A DNA stretch of 64,000 nt, from contig NC_043014.1 of NCBI RefSeq assembly GCF_006345805.1, forward strand, positions 36,890,001-36,954,000, in the 5' to 3' direction. How positions within the stretch are numbered: the stretch's first letter is position 1; every line of letters starts with the position of its first letter. The DNA is from Octopus sinensis. Taxonomy: Eukaryota. Shown here one piece after another: positions 11,471 to 24,479 of the stretch. The notes under the pieces were generated by a model. The model saw only the letters and a program-made list of their open reading frames with translations, searched no databases and was not told where the DNA came from. The position numbers and the translations under genes were made by a program.

Positions 11471-11791
11471 GACTCCGCCGTTTACGACGACGAGGGTCCC
11501 AGCTGATACGATCAACGGAACAGCTTGCTCGTGAAATTAACGTGCAAATGGCTGAGCATTCCACAGACACGTGTACCCTTAACGTAGTTCTCGGGGATAA
11601 TCAGCGTGACACAGAGAGTGACAAGGCTGACCCTTTGAAATACAAGTACAACTCATTTTTGCCAGCTGAGTGGACTGGAGCAACGTGAAATAAAGTGTCT
11701 TGCTCAAGGACACAACGCGTCGCCGGGAATCGAACTCACAACCTTGCGATCATGAGCCGAATGCCCTAACCACTAAGCCACGCGCCCTCCC
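11471..11791 (-). mobile_element. tRNA-derived SINE, apparently full length
   Basis: Reverse strand GGGAGGGCGCGTGGCTTAGTGGTTAGGG...GAGTTCGATTCCC head and central CTCCAGTCCACTCAGCTGGC segment. Confidence 0.8.
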
Positions 11792-12103
11792 TATATATAT
11801 ATATAACGAATTGAAAGCAGTTCTAGTAATGTAAACATTATCGATCGCAGATACTTAGTGTACTTGCCTTGATTATAGGCTCGTATGTTGCAGGACAGCG
11901 TCCAGAGAAATCTCTCTCCCAACACGACACTGAGTGTTAAAGAACATCGAACGTCCCAGACTAGGCGAATAACTCGCCCTGAAATGATTGAGTTCGGTGA
12001 CTATCGATATTTCACCATTATTGTGGCTCCTCGATACCATTTTTCGGATAATCTCGAAATGAAATTAATCGCTGGTGTGGAAGGCGTGGCTGCGCAGTAA
12101 GAA

Positions 12104-12336
12104 GACGGTGAGCTGGCAGAACCGTTAGCACGCCGGGCGAAATACTTAGCGGTATTTCGTCTGCCGCTACGTTTTGAGTTCAAATTCCGCCGAGGTCGAC
12201 TTCGCCTTTCATCCTTTCGGGGTCGATTAAATAAGTACCAGTTACGCACTGGCGTCGATATAATCGACTTAATCCGTTTGTCTGTCCTTGTTTGTCCCCT
12301 CTGTGTGCAGCCCCTTGTGGGCAATAAAGAAATAAG
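12104..12336 (+). mobile_element. CORE-type tRNA-derived SINE (GGCGGCGAGCTGGCAGAA family)
   Basis: GAGTTCAAATTCC B box, CCTTTCATCCTTTCGGGGTCGATAAA core, AAAGAAATA tail. Confidence 0.85.
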
Positions 12337-12539
12337 AAGCTTGCTTCTCAACCATATGGTTCTGGGTTCAGTCCAACTCCGTGGCACCTTCAACAAGTGT
12401 CTTTTACTATAGCTTCAGGTTGACCAAAGCCTTGTGAATAGATATCGCAGACGGAAACTAAAAGAAGCCCGTCGTATGTGTATGTATGTCTTTGTTTGTT
12501 GCCCTACCATCGCTTGACAGAAAGAGAGGCAGATAGAAG

Positions 12540-13600
12540 GGGTGGTTAAGGATTGCCTATAGGATAAAGTAAGGTGCATAGGTGTATGGTGTCTAAGAAT
12601 TGTGTACGGGGTAGCCGAGAAGATAAGAGAGAGGATGAGGAGGTAGAGGAAGATAGGGCAAAAAAAAATAGAGTAAAATAAAAGGTATTTAGAGACAGTA
12701 GTAGATGTCTGGTAGTCTTAAAGTCTAAAGTTGTTGGGGAGGAAATTTAGTAGTAACTGCTTGTGTCCGTTCTGGCTGTAGAGTTATTTAGAGTTATTTA
12801 GCAATGGGGTTATGGATATGTAGGTAGACGAGAATGGAAGAGACAGTTAAATGTTAAATTATTTATGAGTGGGAGTTAGAGTTAGGGGATTTATATTAGG
12901 GGATTTATTGGGTTATGGTTTTAAAATAAAACCTGAAGAAATGATCCGGGTTTACTTCCAGATCTAGATCGGTTTTTTTGCCCAGTTTCTTGTAGGTAAT
13001 CTGTTGGGGTCTTGAAAATGATCTCCTGTTATTTCTACATCTAATAGTATGACCAAAGGAATATCTATCTTGTTTGTGCTTTTTCTTCATATTGTGTGTA
13101 TTAGGGTGTTTGCATACAAAAAGGGAAGAGTTCTTATCGCAGTTCATCTTCAACTCATGGTGAAACGAGTGTTCATTTTGCCACATGTTCTGGCGTATGT
13201 TACGTTGGTGAGATTGTCCACTTTTAATGTTATTTCTCAGAGTTCTGTCATAACTTTCTTGATCTACTTTCTTCTTTTGAGATATCTCTGATTCATAGCT
13301 GTCGCGTTTTTTCTACTATATTGCCAGTCATTAATCTTGATATTTCGTCTCCAGTTTGACCATCGGTAGCTTCGTATTTGGCTTTCTAACATCTTCATTA
13401 TCCTGTTTACACAAAGTAATGGAGATGTCGGTCCTGAATTTTGTCAAAGTAAGCTCCCATCGAAGTTTTGTTTCCTCCTCTAGTTCTCCTACAATTTTTT
13501 TTTTAATTAGGTACTTCCGAAGAAGTATGGGTGCCGCTGAAGAAAATCCACTTCGAATGTGTTTCGGTATATTTTTCGCATTTATATGCCTTCCAGAAGT
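12540..13600 (-). mobile_element. Degenerate retroelement-like fragment, possibly Penelope-like 5' region
   Basis: Broken minus-strand reading frames (..IRCRNN..) and a decayed CTGAAGA..CGAA motif at 13536-13566; family not established. Confidence 0.3.
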
Positions 13601-13611
13601 TTTGTTTTCTT

Positions 13612-14056
13612 ATCTCTTTTACTTGTTTCAGTCATTTGACTGCGACCATGCTGAAGCACCGCCTTTAGTGGAGCAAATCGACCCCAGGACTTATTCTTTA
13701 TAAGCCTAGTACTTATTCTATCGGTCTCTTTTGCCGAACCGCTGAGTTACGGTGACGTAAACACACCAGCATCGGTTGTCAAGCGATGTTGGGGGGACAA
13801 ACACAAACACAGAAACATATACACACACACACACACCACACACACACCACACACACACATATATATAATATATATATATATATATATACATATATATACG
13901 ACGGGCTTCTTTCAGTTTCCGTCTACCAAATCCACTCACAATGCTTTGGTCGGCCCGAGGCTATAGTAGAAGACACTTGCCCAAAGTGCCACGTAGTGGG
14001 ACTGAACCTGGAACCATGTGGTTGGTAAGAAAGCTACTTACCACACAGCCACTCAC
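13612..14056 (-). mobile_element. tRNA-derived SINE with internal microsatellite (GGAGTGGCTGTGTGG family)
   Basis: Head GAGTGGCTGTGTGGTAAGTAGC..GGTTCAGTCCC, tail GACTGAAACAAGTAAAAG. Confidence 0.85.
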
Positions 14057-14674
14057 GTCTACCACATCTCTTTTCTTTTTCGATGTGCTTCGTTTTCCAG
14101 ATTTTTTTCGTTTATTTTTGACATCCAAGGAGGTTGCCGTAGGATTTTTCTAGTAGATTTTATAACTGTTGGTATAATTTCAGCTAAATTCTTAATTTCA
14201 GAGTTTATATATTCATTTACAAGTTTTCCGTCTGCAGACTGTTTTTTTCTATTTCTTTTAAACTAAAGGATCGTGTGTCAATCATCGTGATGAGGGTTGA
14301 CAATTTCGATGAAATTTCCATATATATGAATGAATGAGAAAAAGAAGAAAATAGAGAAATTGACATATAAACGTCAGTTTATTCAAAGATATTCATATCA
14401 ATATAATATAAAATTCTTATCTCTACAGCTGTTTCCATGGCCAATTAATTCATTACAGAAAGTAAATTAAAGTAAATTGATTTAAAATTTTCATATTGGA
14501 ATTGGTTAATTGGGTATTTCATCAGGTCCTTGGCATAAAGATATATACATATATATATATACTTTATTTAAAGCAGCAGAAATTTTTTTTTTCAATAAAG
14601 CATATTACTCTACCACTGGTATTTGAGTACTCTTTTTTTCCACCTTATTTCACATTTATGTGTTTACTCCGGGG

Positions 14675-14705
<31 letters not shown>

Positions 14706-14707
<2 letters not shown>

Positions 14708-15096
14708 TAGCAGTATCGCCCGGCGTTGCTCGGGTTGTAAGGGAAATAACTATATAAGCATTTTTAGAGAGTTATAGCCAAAAAAATAGCAAAAAAATGC
14801 ATTAAAAATTGAAAAAATTAAGGTAATTTTTTTTTTAAATCGTTGACACATCGTAGATATTTTTAGAGAGTTACTTCCCTTATATAAAAGCGAAAAAATG
14901 CATTAAATGGAAAAATATGATGGTAAATTTTTTTTAAATCGTAGACTCATCGTAGACGCGCGCTAATACCCAGAGGGCTCGATATGAATCACGACTATAA
15001 GATACCCGCTTTTTTAAACTGCACCGCAAAATGTGGGAGTAGTTACGAATCTAAATCGTAGGAGACAGACACACAACTTCACTCTTATATAAAGAT
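14706..15096 (+). mobile_element. Helentron-associated non-autonomous element (HINE/DINE-1-like)
   Basis: Starts ACTAGCAGTATCGCCCGGCGTTGCTCGGG after (TA)n, internal tandem subrepeats, ends TATATAAAGAT. Confidence 0.65.
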
Positions 15097-15459
15097 CTTT
15101 TTTTTTCAGTCATAGAGTTAGATTTATGAAGGTCTTCAGTAGAAAATCCTTCGAATTCTGACTCGCTGCTTGATATAATGAAATTCGTATCCATTTTTTG
15201 TCAGAATTACAAATTTTGAAAACACAATAGGAACAAATTTCGGAAAAAAATCTCCCATAATTCACGGAATTAAAATTACACTTCGATTTTTGTACAAAAC
15301 TGTATTTGAAGTGTTTACGAAGTATAATACGTGTTTTCACGAAGGTACTAAAGAGATTTACTCTGATATTCTCATTTAAATATGAATAGGTAAATTCGGG
15401 CGGTTCGGTAACGAAAGGGTTAAACGGATGCATACATTTATTAATAACTATATATAAGT

Positions 15460-15946
15460 GTCGTCTGTTTATACATAAACACTGTTTCATACTTTCAGTT
15501 TAGTCTTCCTCAAATCATTCTGTCGCTATTTACTCTCTTCCAAGAACATTTTCACTCACTCTTATCTCTTAGCTTGCCATACATTTTACTCATGTATCTA
15601 TCAGCGTGATAGACAGAAACAAATATTACATCGCCATCGCATTCTATTGTCTACTTGTCAACACACTCACAGTGAATTAGTTTCACTTTATTCGTTGCAC
15701 ACTGTGTGTGTGCGTTTGCGTGTGCTGTAAACCAGACTAAGAAAAGCATTTGACATACACACCAGAATGTGAGTTTTCTGTAAATTTTGCTTAATTGGAT
15801 TTTAAATTTTAAAAACTGGACCTGGCATGACCCGATGCATTCTACTCTTAAAAATGCTAGGTAAATTGTAATTGAAGAAATCCTATATTGTAGATTTCTA
15901 TAAGTGACAAAGGGAGGCAGATAAAATCTGCCTTTTATAATAAGAG

Positions 15947-15948
<2 letters not shown>
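15460..15948 (+). mobile_element. Second HINE/Helitron-like element 3' portion
   Basis: Subterminal hairpin AGGCAGAT-AAA-ATCTGCCT (15915-15933) followed by TTTATAATAAGAGAT and (TA)n. Confidence 0.5.
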
Positions 15949-16026
<78 letters not shown>

Positions 16027-16058
16027 GTGTGTCTGTTCGCGCACGTGTGTATACATCC

Positions 16059-16291
16059 TGGCGGCGAGCTGGCAGAAACGTTAGCACGCCGGACGAAATG
16101 CGTAGCCGTATTTCATCTGCCGTTACGTTCTGAGTTCAAGTTCTGCCGAGGTCGACTTTGCTTTTCATCCTTTCGGGGTCGATAAATAAAGTACCAGTTT
16201 CGCACTGGGGTCGGTGTAATCGACTTAATCCCTTTGTCTGTCCTTGTTTGTCCCCTCTATGTTTATCCCCTTGAGGGCAATAAAGAAATAT
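16059..16291 (+). mobile_element. CORE-type SINE (GGCGGCGAGCTGGCAGAA family)
   Basis: Near-identical to the 12104-12336 copy. Confidence 0.85.
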
Positions 16292-16360
16292 CTATTTATG
16301 TTTTTATTCTATAAAGTGAATGAGACTCATTCTCTTTCTCTCTTCCTCTCTCTCTCCCTC

Positions 16361-16402
<42 letters not shown>

Positions 16403-16691
16403 CGTTCACAAAATTCATATTAATATTTGCTTTTTTCTTTTCTTTCAACACCAATAACAATACCAGCCGCAGAACAAACGACAACAACTACAGTATCAGA
16501 ACCAATGACAACAACAGCAGCAGCAGCAACAGCAGAACCAACAGTAGCAGTAGCTGCACTAACAGCAGCAACAGCAACAACATTAGCAACAGGACAGCAG
16601 CAACCATTACATACCAATAATGTCAAAAAAATATAAGACTATCAGAGAAAATACCCACTCAAGACCACATATATTAGGAATTACAACAAAT

Positions 16692-17505
16692 GGCAGGATT
16701 CTGGTTTAAGTACCCTATACAACTCCTCATGAGGTTTTTTTTATTATTTTGGGGGATTTTCAGAAAATTGTAGCGAATATGTGTTCTACACACAGGAATT
16801 TATATGATTATCAAAAAAGAAATGCTTTTAATTTTTTAAACCCCTCTCTCAGTCCCACTCCCACCCCATAAATCCTAAAAGTTCCACTCCATTTCGATAT
16901 TTTTTTTAAAAATCAGTATTTAAAATAAGAATAGTCCGAATTTCTTGCTTAAATCCCAGCAATGGACCACTCTTGATTGCATCATCATCCCATTAAATGT
17001 GTTTATGGGAAGAAATACATTGAGGTATCAAGGTGTCAGGTGGTCGTGAGATGTGCTAAAAATGGCAACTATATAGCCCTTAAATGACACACACATTTTT
17101 TTTTGCGGTGGGATTATATAATCGTACGAATTCGCAAAATTTCTTTTTTATTTGCATAATCGCAGGAGTGGCTGTGTGGTAAGTAGCTTGCTTACCAACC
17201 ACATGGTTCTGGGTTCAGTCCCACTACGTGGCACCTTGAGCAAGTGTCTTCTACTATAACCTCGGGCCGACCAAAGCCTTGTGAGTGGATTTGGTAGACG
17301 GAAACGAGGAAGGTGTCAGTTGGTCGTGAGATGTGCTAAAAATGGCAACTAAATCGCCCTTAAACGACACACACATTTTTTTTTGCGGTTGGGTTACATA
17401 ATCGTACGAATTCGCAAAAATTTTCTGAAAATCAAATACAAAAAAATTTTTTTATTTTTTAAGTTATGAAGGGGTTATATGAGGTCCTTAAACCAGAATT
17501 CCGGA
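16692..17505. mobile_element. Non-autonomous DNA element with about 90-bp imperfect inverted ends, SINE head inserted at 17161-17305
   Basis: GGATTCTGGTTTAAG.. vs ..CTTAAACCAGAATTCC; internal 115-bp duplication at 17033 and 17292. Confidence 0.5.
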
Positions 17506-17688
17506 CAGAAAATAGAACTATGACAAAATTTACATTTGCGACAGCAACATCTGCAAATGATTCCCCCAAGAAAAGATATATTTACAGAAAATAACATCAG
17601 CTTGACCAAAAACAACAAAGGAAGCTCAGCGACAACATAGCAACAACAATAACAAATATAAACACACAAAAAAAAAACAAGAACAAAA

Positions 17689-17731
<43 letters not shown>

Positions 17732-19048
17732 GGTGGTGGTGGTTGTAGTGGTGGTGGTAGCAGTAGTAGTAGTTGTAGTAGTGGTGGTGGTAGTAGTAGT
17801 AGTGGTAGTAATGGTGGTGGTGGTGGTCGTTGTAGTGGGTATGATGGTGGTTTGTAGTATTAGTGGGGGTGGTGGTGGTGGTGGTGGTGGTGGTAGTAGT
17901 AGTAGTCCTTTCAATTATAGTCATAAGGGGCTGAAATTTGGGGGGCGGTAGCTAGTCGATTACATCGACCAGAGAGTTTGACCGGTACTTATCTCATCAC
18001 TCCGAAAAGATTTATTAAAAAATTTTAAAATTAAAAAAAAAAAAAAGGCCAAGTCAATATCGGGCGTAATTTGAACCCAAACCGTAAAGGCTGATGATGA
18101 AATGCTGCTATGCATTTTGCCTGGAGCGCTAACAATCCGTTTCTGCCATCGTGCCGTCATTTTGCAGCATATTTTAGCACAAGGTCAGCAACGTTGGGCA
18201 AAACCGAAGAAAGTTGATTACATTGACCCAACACCACCACCAGTACTTGACTGGTCGATGAAATTAAACCCCAATCAAGCTTAGGGGATTGTGAAAAAAT
18301 ATTTACACGATTAAAAATATTTAAATTAAGCTTTTCTCTACTCTGGGTGAATAAAGTGGCCAATTTTTATTCCAAAGCCTTTTGTTGGCACAACGAATTG
18401 ATAAAAAAAACTGTTTCTCCGTTAGGAAATTCCACAAGAAATTGCGTCGAAATAGTAGAGTTGCTAGAGCTGCCACTACAGCTGTTTCAAGTCTATCTCT
18501 TCTAGCTCTTTATTGAAAGTTCTGAAACTTTCAGTCTTCAGTTGGGACCTTCTGGCCTACTAACAAATAGACTTCAGTTAAAAATTTATTCCCTGTAATA
18601 TCGGTTTCAGATTTTGCCACAAGGTTAGCAATATGAAGGGGTAGGGAATAGTCAATTACATCAGTCCTAGTACTTGAACTATTACTTTTTTTATTGACCT
18701 CGAAAGGGTAAAATGTACAGTTGACCCCGAAGCAATTTTGAACTGAGAACCTAATGAGCTGAAACAAATACTGCTAAGCATTTTATCCGGCGCTTTAACG
18801 ATTCTTTCAGTAAATATTCTGAAATTTTGTGGAGAGGGACTAATCACCTAAATCGACCCCAGTGCTCAACTGGTACTTAATTTTATCGGAGTCTAAAGGA
18901 TGAAAAGTTGACTTTGGCGATATTTGAACTCAGAGCGTAAACCCGGAAAAAATACCGCTCGGCATTTTGTCCAGTTTGATAACAATTCTGCCAGCTCGCA
19001 AATTTTGCCTTCCCGGCCATTTTACTCTGTAATTCATACGAGCCATAA

Positions 19049-19340
19049 CTCTGCAATGGTACAAAAGTAATGCTTAAGAAGCTTATTCCAGTTGGCATCG
19101 AGAATATTATTTTCCGTGTGTGCACTGAAAGAGAATACTTACACCCAGGATCTCATCCATAGCAACAGACGTTCTCTTTCAATTTACTCGTAGAAGGCTT
19201 CAGTTTCCAGAACACTTTAGCTTTGCCCATGTCAGTCAATAAATTTATAAGAGAACACATTGGCAGCCGATGGACTGCATCTTGAGGAATACATCTTTGC
19301 TATTGGCCAGTTTAATGTACGATGCTTGAGCGTTCGAAGC
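19049..19340 (+). pseudogene. Helitron PIF1-like helicase C-terminal relic
   Basis: Frameshifted LCNGTKVMLKKL..., PRI..TDVLFQFTRRLQFP, AMSVNK, GLHLEEYIFAIGQFNVRC match helicase motifs LCNGTRL / QFP / AMTINK / HGQLYVA. Confidence 0.72.
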
Positions 19341-19974
19341 CGCCATAATATATTTTTATATTTTTATATCTCTGTTTGTAAAACAAAACGCATTGGTATC
19401 TTTGGGTATTGATATGACAAAGTTCGGAATTCCTGAAATTCAGTCAGAACTTACATAACCTGGGGTTCTACGATGAGCTTAATATAATCTCTTGAATTAT
19501 GCAGGTATCGCAGTTCCAATATTTGAATGCGTGGGTTTCCTCTAGATAGGCTACATTATACACGTTATAAGAATGATCTTATTTCCATTGGTTTTAGGAG
19601 CGCATAAAACCGTCGTCCTCTGTCTTGTTGGACCTTGTCAAACCAATGTTAGCATGGAAGATGGACATTAAATAATGATGGTGGATGGTTCCATCTCTTC
19701 ACATTCCAGTTTCTATATATTTTTTTTTTCTTCAAATTATTTAAACAAATTGAACAGTGAAGGATATTATGCTCAATAATAGTTTCCAATGTAATAAAGC
19801 TGCTTTCCCATTTAATTAATCTTGTTCTTATTTAATATGCTTGAATTAGTCATTTAAACAATTAAATTACAACATACAGTGTGGGCCAAAAGTCACGCAC
19901 CAAAACATTTTGACATTTTATTTATATCACATTATTATTATTATTATTATTATTATTATCATCATCATCATCAT

Positions 19975-20700
19975 CATCTCTTTATCACAGGTTTTATTGG
20001 AACTCTTGGAGTCTTGCATGCGTAGCGGGCTTACTACCTGCAACCCACGGTACCATGCTATTCGTTCTTTTCAACTATCTAATACTTCGCTGATTATTCT
20101 AGCCGTGCCAAAGAGGCAAACTTCTTGTTACAGTTCTACTGGGCACTCTATTCCAATTTCCTTTATATTCCTCTTGATGCTTTCTGATACTGTTCCCAAG
20201 GACCCAGCAATAATTGGCACTATCATCACCTTCTTCATGTTGCATAGCCGGGCTATTTCGTACTTAAGAGGGTTGTATCTACCTATCTATTTATTTATCT
20301 ATCTATCTTCTCGTCTTCTTTCTTGACTATTCGTGGGTCAAAGGGGCATGCAGCATCAACTATATAGCATACGTGGTGCACCTTGACCACCACCACTAGG
20401 TCCGGTCTATTTTGCTCTAGCACCTGATCTGTTTGAATTGGGAAATCCCAGAGGATTTTGCTAGTCTCTGACTCTGCCACTCTCTATAGTCTGTGCACAT
20501 GCCACGTCTTGCCTCACTCTATCCCTCACTTTTCGCGCGGTTTCCAATGTAATACTTTCGCTACCTGGTCGTTTCGCCACAACTTGTAGTAGTTTTAAGC
20601 AAGTGTTAGGGCATTCGTTCGTGATATGGGCAATGGTTTCATCCCCTCCATTGCAGATGCGACACAGTGGAGACACTTGCTCATTCTTAAGGTTGACCGT
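19975..20700 (-). mobile_element. R4/Dong-like non-LTR retrotransposon 3' end with restriction-like endonuclease
   Basis: CRICNGGDETIAHITNEC zinc knuckle, KILWDFPIQTDQVLEQNRPDLVVV..D..P, C-terminal VPIIAGSLG..LFGTARII; triplet-repeat tail 19930-19975. Confidence 0.78.
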
Positions 20701-21112
20701 CCAGTTCGTGGCAGGTGTTGAGCTGGCAGAATCGTTAGCGCGCTAGACGAAATGCTTAGCTACGTCTGAGTTCAAATTCCGCTGAGGTCGACTTTGCCTG
20801 TCAGAAAGCCAATTCAGTTGATGTAAGGGACATAACTCTGTGACAAGTTAAAATTTCTAAATTGCCTCCCTTTCTTTCAGCTGGCCTGCTTGGGAGTGAA
20901 TTACAAAACAGCTACGCATTAGTAAACTTTACGATTTGCAACAGTCAGTTTCCTTTTATCTATATCAATTTGAAAAATATTTCACTCCATTTTCTTTTGG
21001 ATTGTGTTCACAATACAAAGAAAAACGTCAAACGTTTCATAAAACTACCACTTGGAAGGCTATGGTGAGTCATATCAAAACCTTTTAAAACGTCTAAACC
21101 AATACAAGTTTG

Positions 21113-21523
21113 GGATCTTTTCGGTTTGAACGGCAGTTTTTTCTAGCGATGTCATATGAAATTGTCACCCATAATTATGACCCTAGTATCGATCTATTGC
21201 ATTTCAATCTGTTTTATGGTTAGTTAGGCTTAGGGGTGGGGGAAGGGTATCTTTTTTTCTTCACAAATGTAAATAAACCCAATCTGTTTCTTAAACGAGG
21301 GACATATTCATACGGCACAGAATGTTTTCACCTCAATCGACGTCATTGATTGGTTGAAATTGCAGAAAAAAAAACAACAAATATCTTATAAACTATAAAA
21401 TTTTCTCAATAAAGCCAAGAGAAAAAGATGTTTTATAAACACATTCTACCAGTATACGAAGTTTAAGAGTGTTTAGTTACGTGGAAATTATTTTAAAAAA
21501 CTGCCGTTCAAACCGAAAAGACC
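21113..21523. mobile_element. Merlin-type MITE
   Basis: TIR GGATCTTTTCGGTTTGAACGGCAGTTTT; 8-bp TSD CAAGTTTG on both sides. Confidence 0.8.
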
Positions 21524-21788
21524 CAAGTTTGAGAAATGTTTGTCATATAGTAATTACTATAAACCCAGCAGCTCGTTCTTTAACCTTTTTGATAGTCACC
21601 CACTTGTTTTAATGAGTTTTATGTCCAAAATTAAACCCATTCATCATTTTATGTAAGAATCTTAATGCTACTTTATGACCTAAACACTGGATTTATATAT
21701 CGATTTCAAATATTGGCACATGTCCAGCAAACTCGGGGAAGGGGTAAGTCGATTCAATTATATTCATTGCAGACTTCTGACCATTTAA

Positions 21789-22188
21789 AGGCGGCGAGCT
21801 GGCAGAAACGTTAGCATGCCGAGCGTAACGCTTAGCGGTATTTCCTCTGCCGCTACGTTCTGAGTTCAAATTTCGCCGAAGTCAACTTTGCCTTTCATCC
21901 TTTCGGGGTCGATAAATTAAGTACCAGTTACATACTGAGGTCGATATAATCGACTTAATCCGTTTGTCTGTCCTCTCTGTGTTTATCCCCTTGTGGGTAG
22001 TAAAGAAATAGATATTTCGTCTGAGTTCTGAGTTCAAATTTCGCCGAGGTCGACTTTGCCTTTCACCCTTTCGGGGTCTATAAATCAAGTACCAGTTACG
22101 CACAGAGGTCGATGTAATCGACTTAATCCCTTTGTCTGTCCTAGTTTGTCCCCTCTGTGTTTAGCCCCTTGTGGGTAGTAAAGAAATA
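21789..22188 (+). mobile_element. CORE-type SINE with partial tandem duplicate
   Basis: Family match; flanked by 14-bp direct repeat AGACTTCTGACCAT (TSD-like). Confidence 0.8.
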
Positions 22189-22323
22189 AGACTTCTGACC
22201 ATCAAGATACTGCTAAGTATTTTATCCGGCATGCTCACGATTCTGTTTTCTCACCGCCCTATAATGGTTTTATATATCAATTCATAAAAAGGAAATTTTA
22301 CAAAATTATAATTTTGAAGGTTA

Positions 22324-22836
22324 CCGTAAATCCTCGAGTATAGTCCGCCCTTGAGTATAATATGCAAGGGATTTTTATGGGGCTATAACTCTGAAAATCC
22401 TAAAACTTGTGCATAATACGCACCCCTTCTCTAACTTGAGTCAAGGAAGTCTATATAACGTCCTTGGTTTGTAAAACTGTATGCGGTAACGTCTTTTATT
22501 ATTATTATTGTATATATAACATAATGCAAATGTGTAGTTTTTTTTTTTTTGTACATTTTGCTTGCAGAAAATAAAGAAATAACAGTAATAACGTTTAATA
22601 AATGTTGCTTACTGCAAGTTATTGATGATTCTTTTATGACTTCATTGCTTTCAGGCTTAGCTTAAGGTATTTTCGCGCCCAACATCACAAAATGCGCCTG
22701 AATAAACATCGCCGGACAGCAAATAGAGACTCGGACATTGTTTAGAAAATATTTTAACCTCGTATATAGTATGCACTAGGGATTTTGACCTTTAAATTTT
22801 GGGGGTGAAATGCAGATTATACTCGAGGATTTACTG
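22324..22836. mobile_element. pogo/Tigger-type MITE
   Basis: TA TSD on both sides; TIR CCGTAAATCCTCGAGTATA / TATACTCGAGGATTTACTG. Confidence 0.85.
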
Positions 22837-23040
22837 TAATTAAAATTTATAATTGCATATTCTGACAGCAGCATTCAATCTTCAAATGAGGTGAGATTGG
22901 TAAAAAAAAAAGTCAAACTTGCTACCTTCATATCGGGTTTTTTTATTCCTATCCCCAACTACGGTCAATAATGTTAGTTCAAGACCAAAAAAGAAGTACG
23001 ATCACGAATACAAGCAATCAAAATGGGGATTCCTCCAAAG

Positions 23041-23571
23041 AGTCACTGGAATAACATTGCTCAACAAGATGTAGAGCTCAGAGATCAGAAAGTCTCTCTC
23101 TAGGTCAAGCCTCTATTTCTTTGCATTGAGAGGTCACACGGCTCCAGTGCTACAGACATGTGAGTAGAATGGCGCCAGAATCGCAAGATAGGTTCTTCAA
23201 GCCAAGCCAATTAAGAGAGTCACTGGGATAACATTGCTCAACAAGATGTAGAGCTCAGAGATCAGAAAGTCTCTCTCTAGGTCAAGCCTCTATTTCTTTG
23301 CATTGAGAGGTCACACGGCTCCAGTGCTACAGACATGTGAGTAGAATGGCGCCAGAATCGCAAGATAGGTTCTTCAAGCCAAGCCAATTAAGAGAGTCAC
23401 TGGGATAACATTGCTCAACAAGATGTAGAGCTCAGAGATCAGAAAGTCTCTCTCTAGGTCAAGCCTCTATTTCTTTGCATTGAGAGGTCACATGGCTCCA
23501 GTGCTACGAACATGTGAGTAGAATGGTGCCAGAATGGCAAGATAGGTTCTTCAAGCCAAGCCAATTAAGAG
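23041..23571. repeat. Three tandem 177-bp units
   Basis: Units start at 23041, 23218 and 23395; copies 1 and 2 are almost identical. Confidence 0.92.
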
Positions 23572-23835
23572 ACCCAGGAATAGATCAAGAAGGAAATGTT
23601 TGAATTGATATCCAATAACAGTTGCTCACACTTGGGAATCCAACTAGAAAGTGTAATGACAGCTGCTCCTGATAGAACCATATCAAGGAGATGCATGAGA
23701 GAATCTATTCATTTGGCTTCCCAGAAATATTGGCCAGAGATAGATGGATACTCATAAAAGAGTAAACAACTTTTGACAAATGCATTCAGTTATATTCATT
23801 GCAGACTTCTGACCATCAAGATTAAAATCTGTCTC

Positions 23836-24011
23836 ACTCTTTTACTTGTTTCAGTCATTTGACTGCGGCCATGCTCGAGCACCTCGACCCTGGGACCCTT
23901 ATTCTTTTGTAAGCCCAGTACTTATTCTATCGGTCTCTTTTTGCCGAACCGCTAAGTAACGGGGACATAAACACACCAGCATCGGTTGTCAAGCAATGCC
24001 TAGGGGGACAA

Positions 24012-24050
<39 letters not shown>

Positions 24051-24223
24051 GACATAAATACGATGGGCTTCTTTCAGTTTCCGTCTACCAAATCCACTCA
24101 CAAGGCTTTGGTCGGCCCGAGGCTATAATAGAAGACACTTTCCCAAGGTGCTACGCAGTGGGACTGAACCCGGAACCATGTCATTGGTGAGCAAGCTACT
24201 TACCACACAGCCACTCCTGGGCC
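23836..24223 (-). mobile_element. tRNA-derived SINE (GGAGTGGCTGTGTGG family)
   Basis: Full head-microsatellite-tail structure. Confidence 0.85.
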
Positions 24224-24479
24224 TATTTAACAATTATTTTGCTGCTATTGACAGATGCCAAACTGGGGAAGTATTTTAGCACTTTGTATTTTTTCATCTT
24301 TCCTAATTTCAACCTGAGCGCAGCGGCTATGCTGGGGCACTGCCGATTGCTTTGCTACACACTTTCACTAAACCTCCTCTAATGTGTGGCATTTGGTGAA
24401 TGAGGGAATTTGAAGAAGCTGCTCTCATTTGCATTCTTGCCTCGAAGTAGGTTCATCCAGAACTCTGGACAGGAGATCT

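Noticed and set aside
23041-23571. CRISPR-like regular repeats (also 36773-36990)
   Set aside because: Eukaryotic context, head-to-tail units without unique spacers, no cas genes
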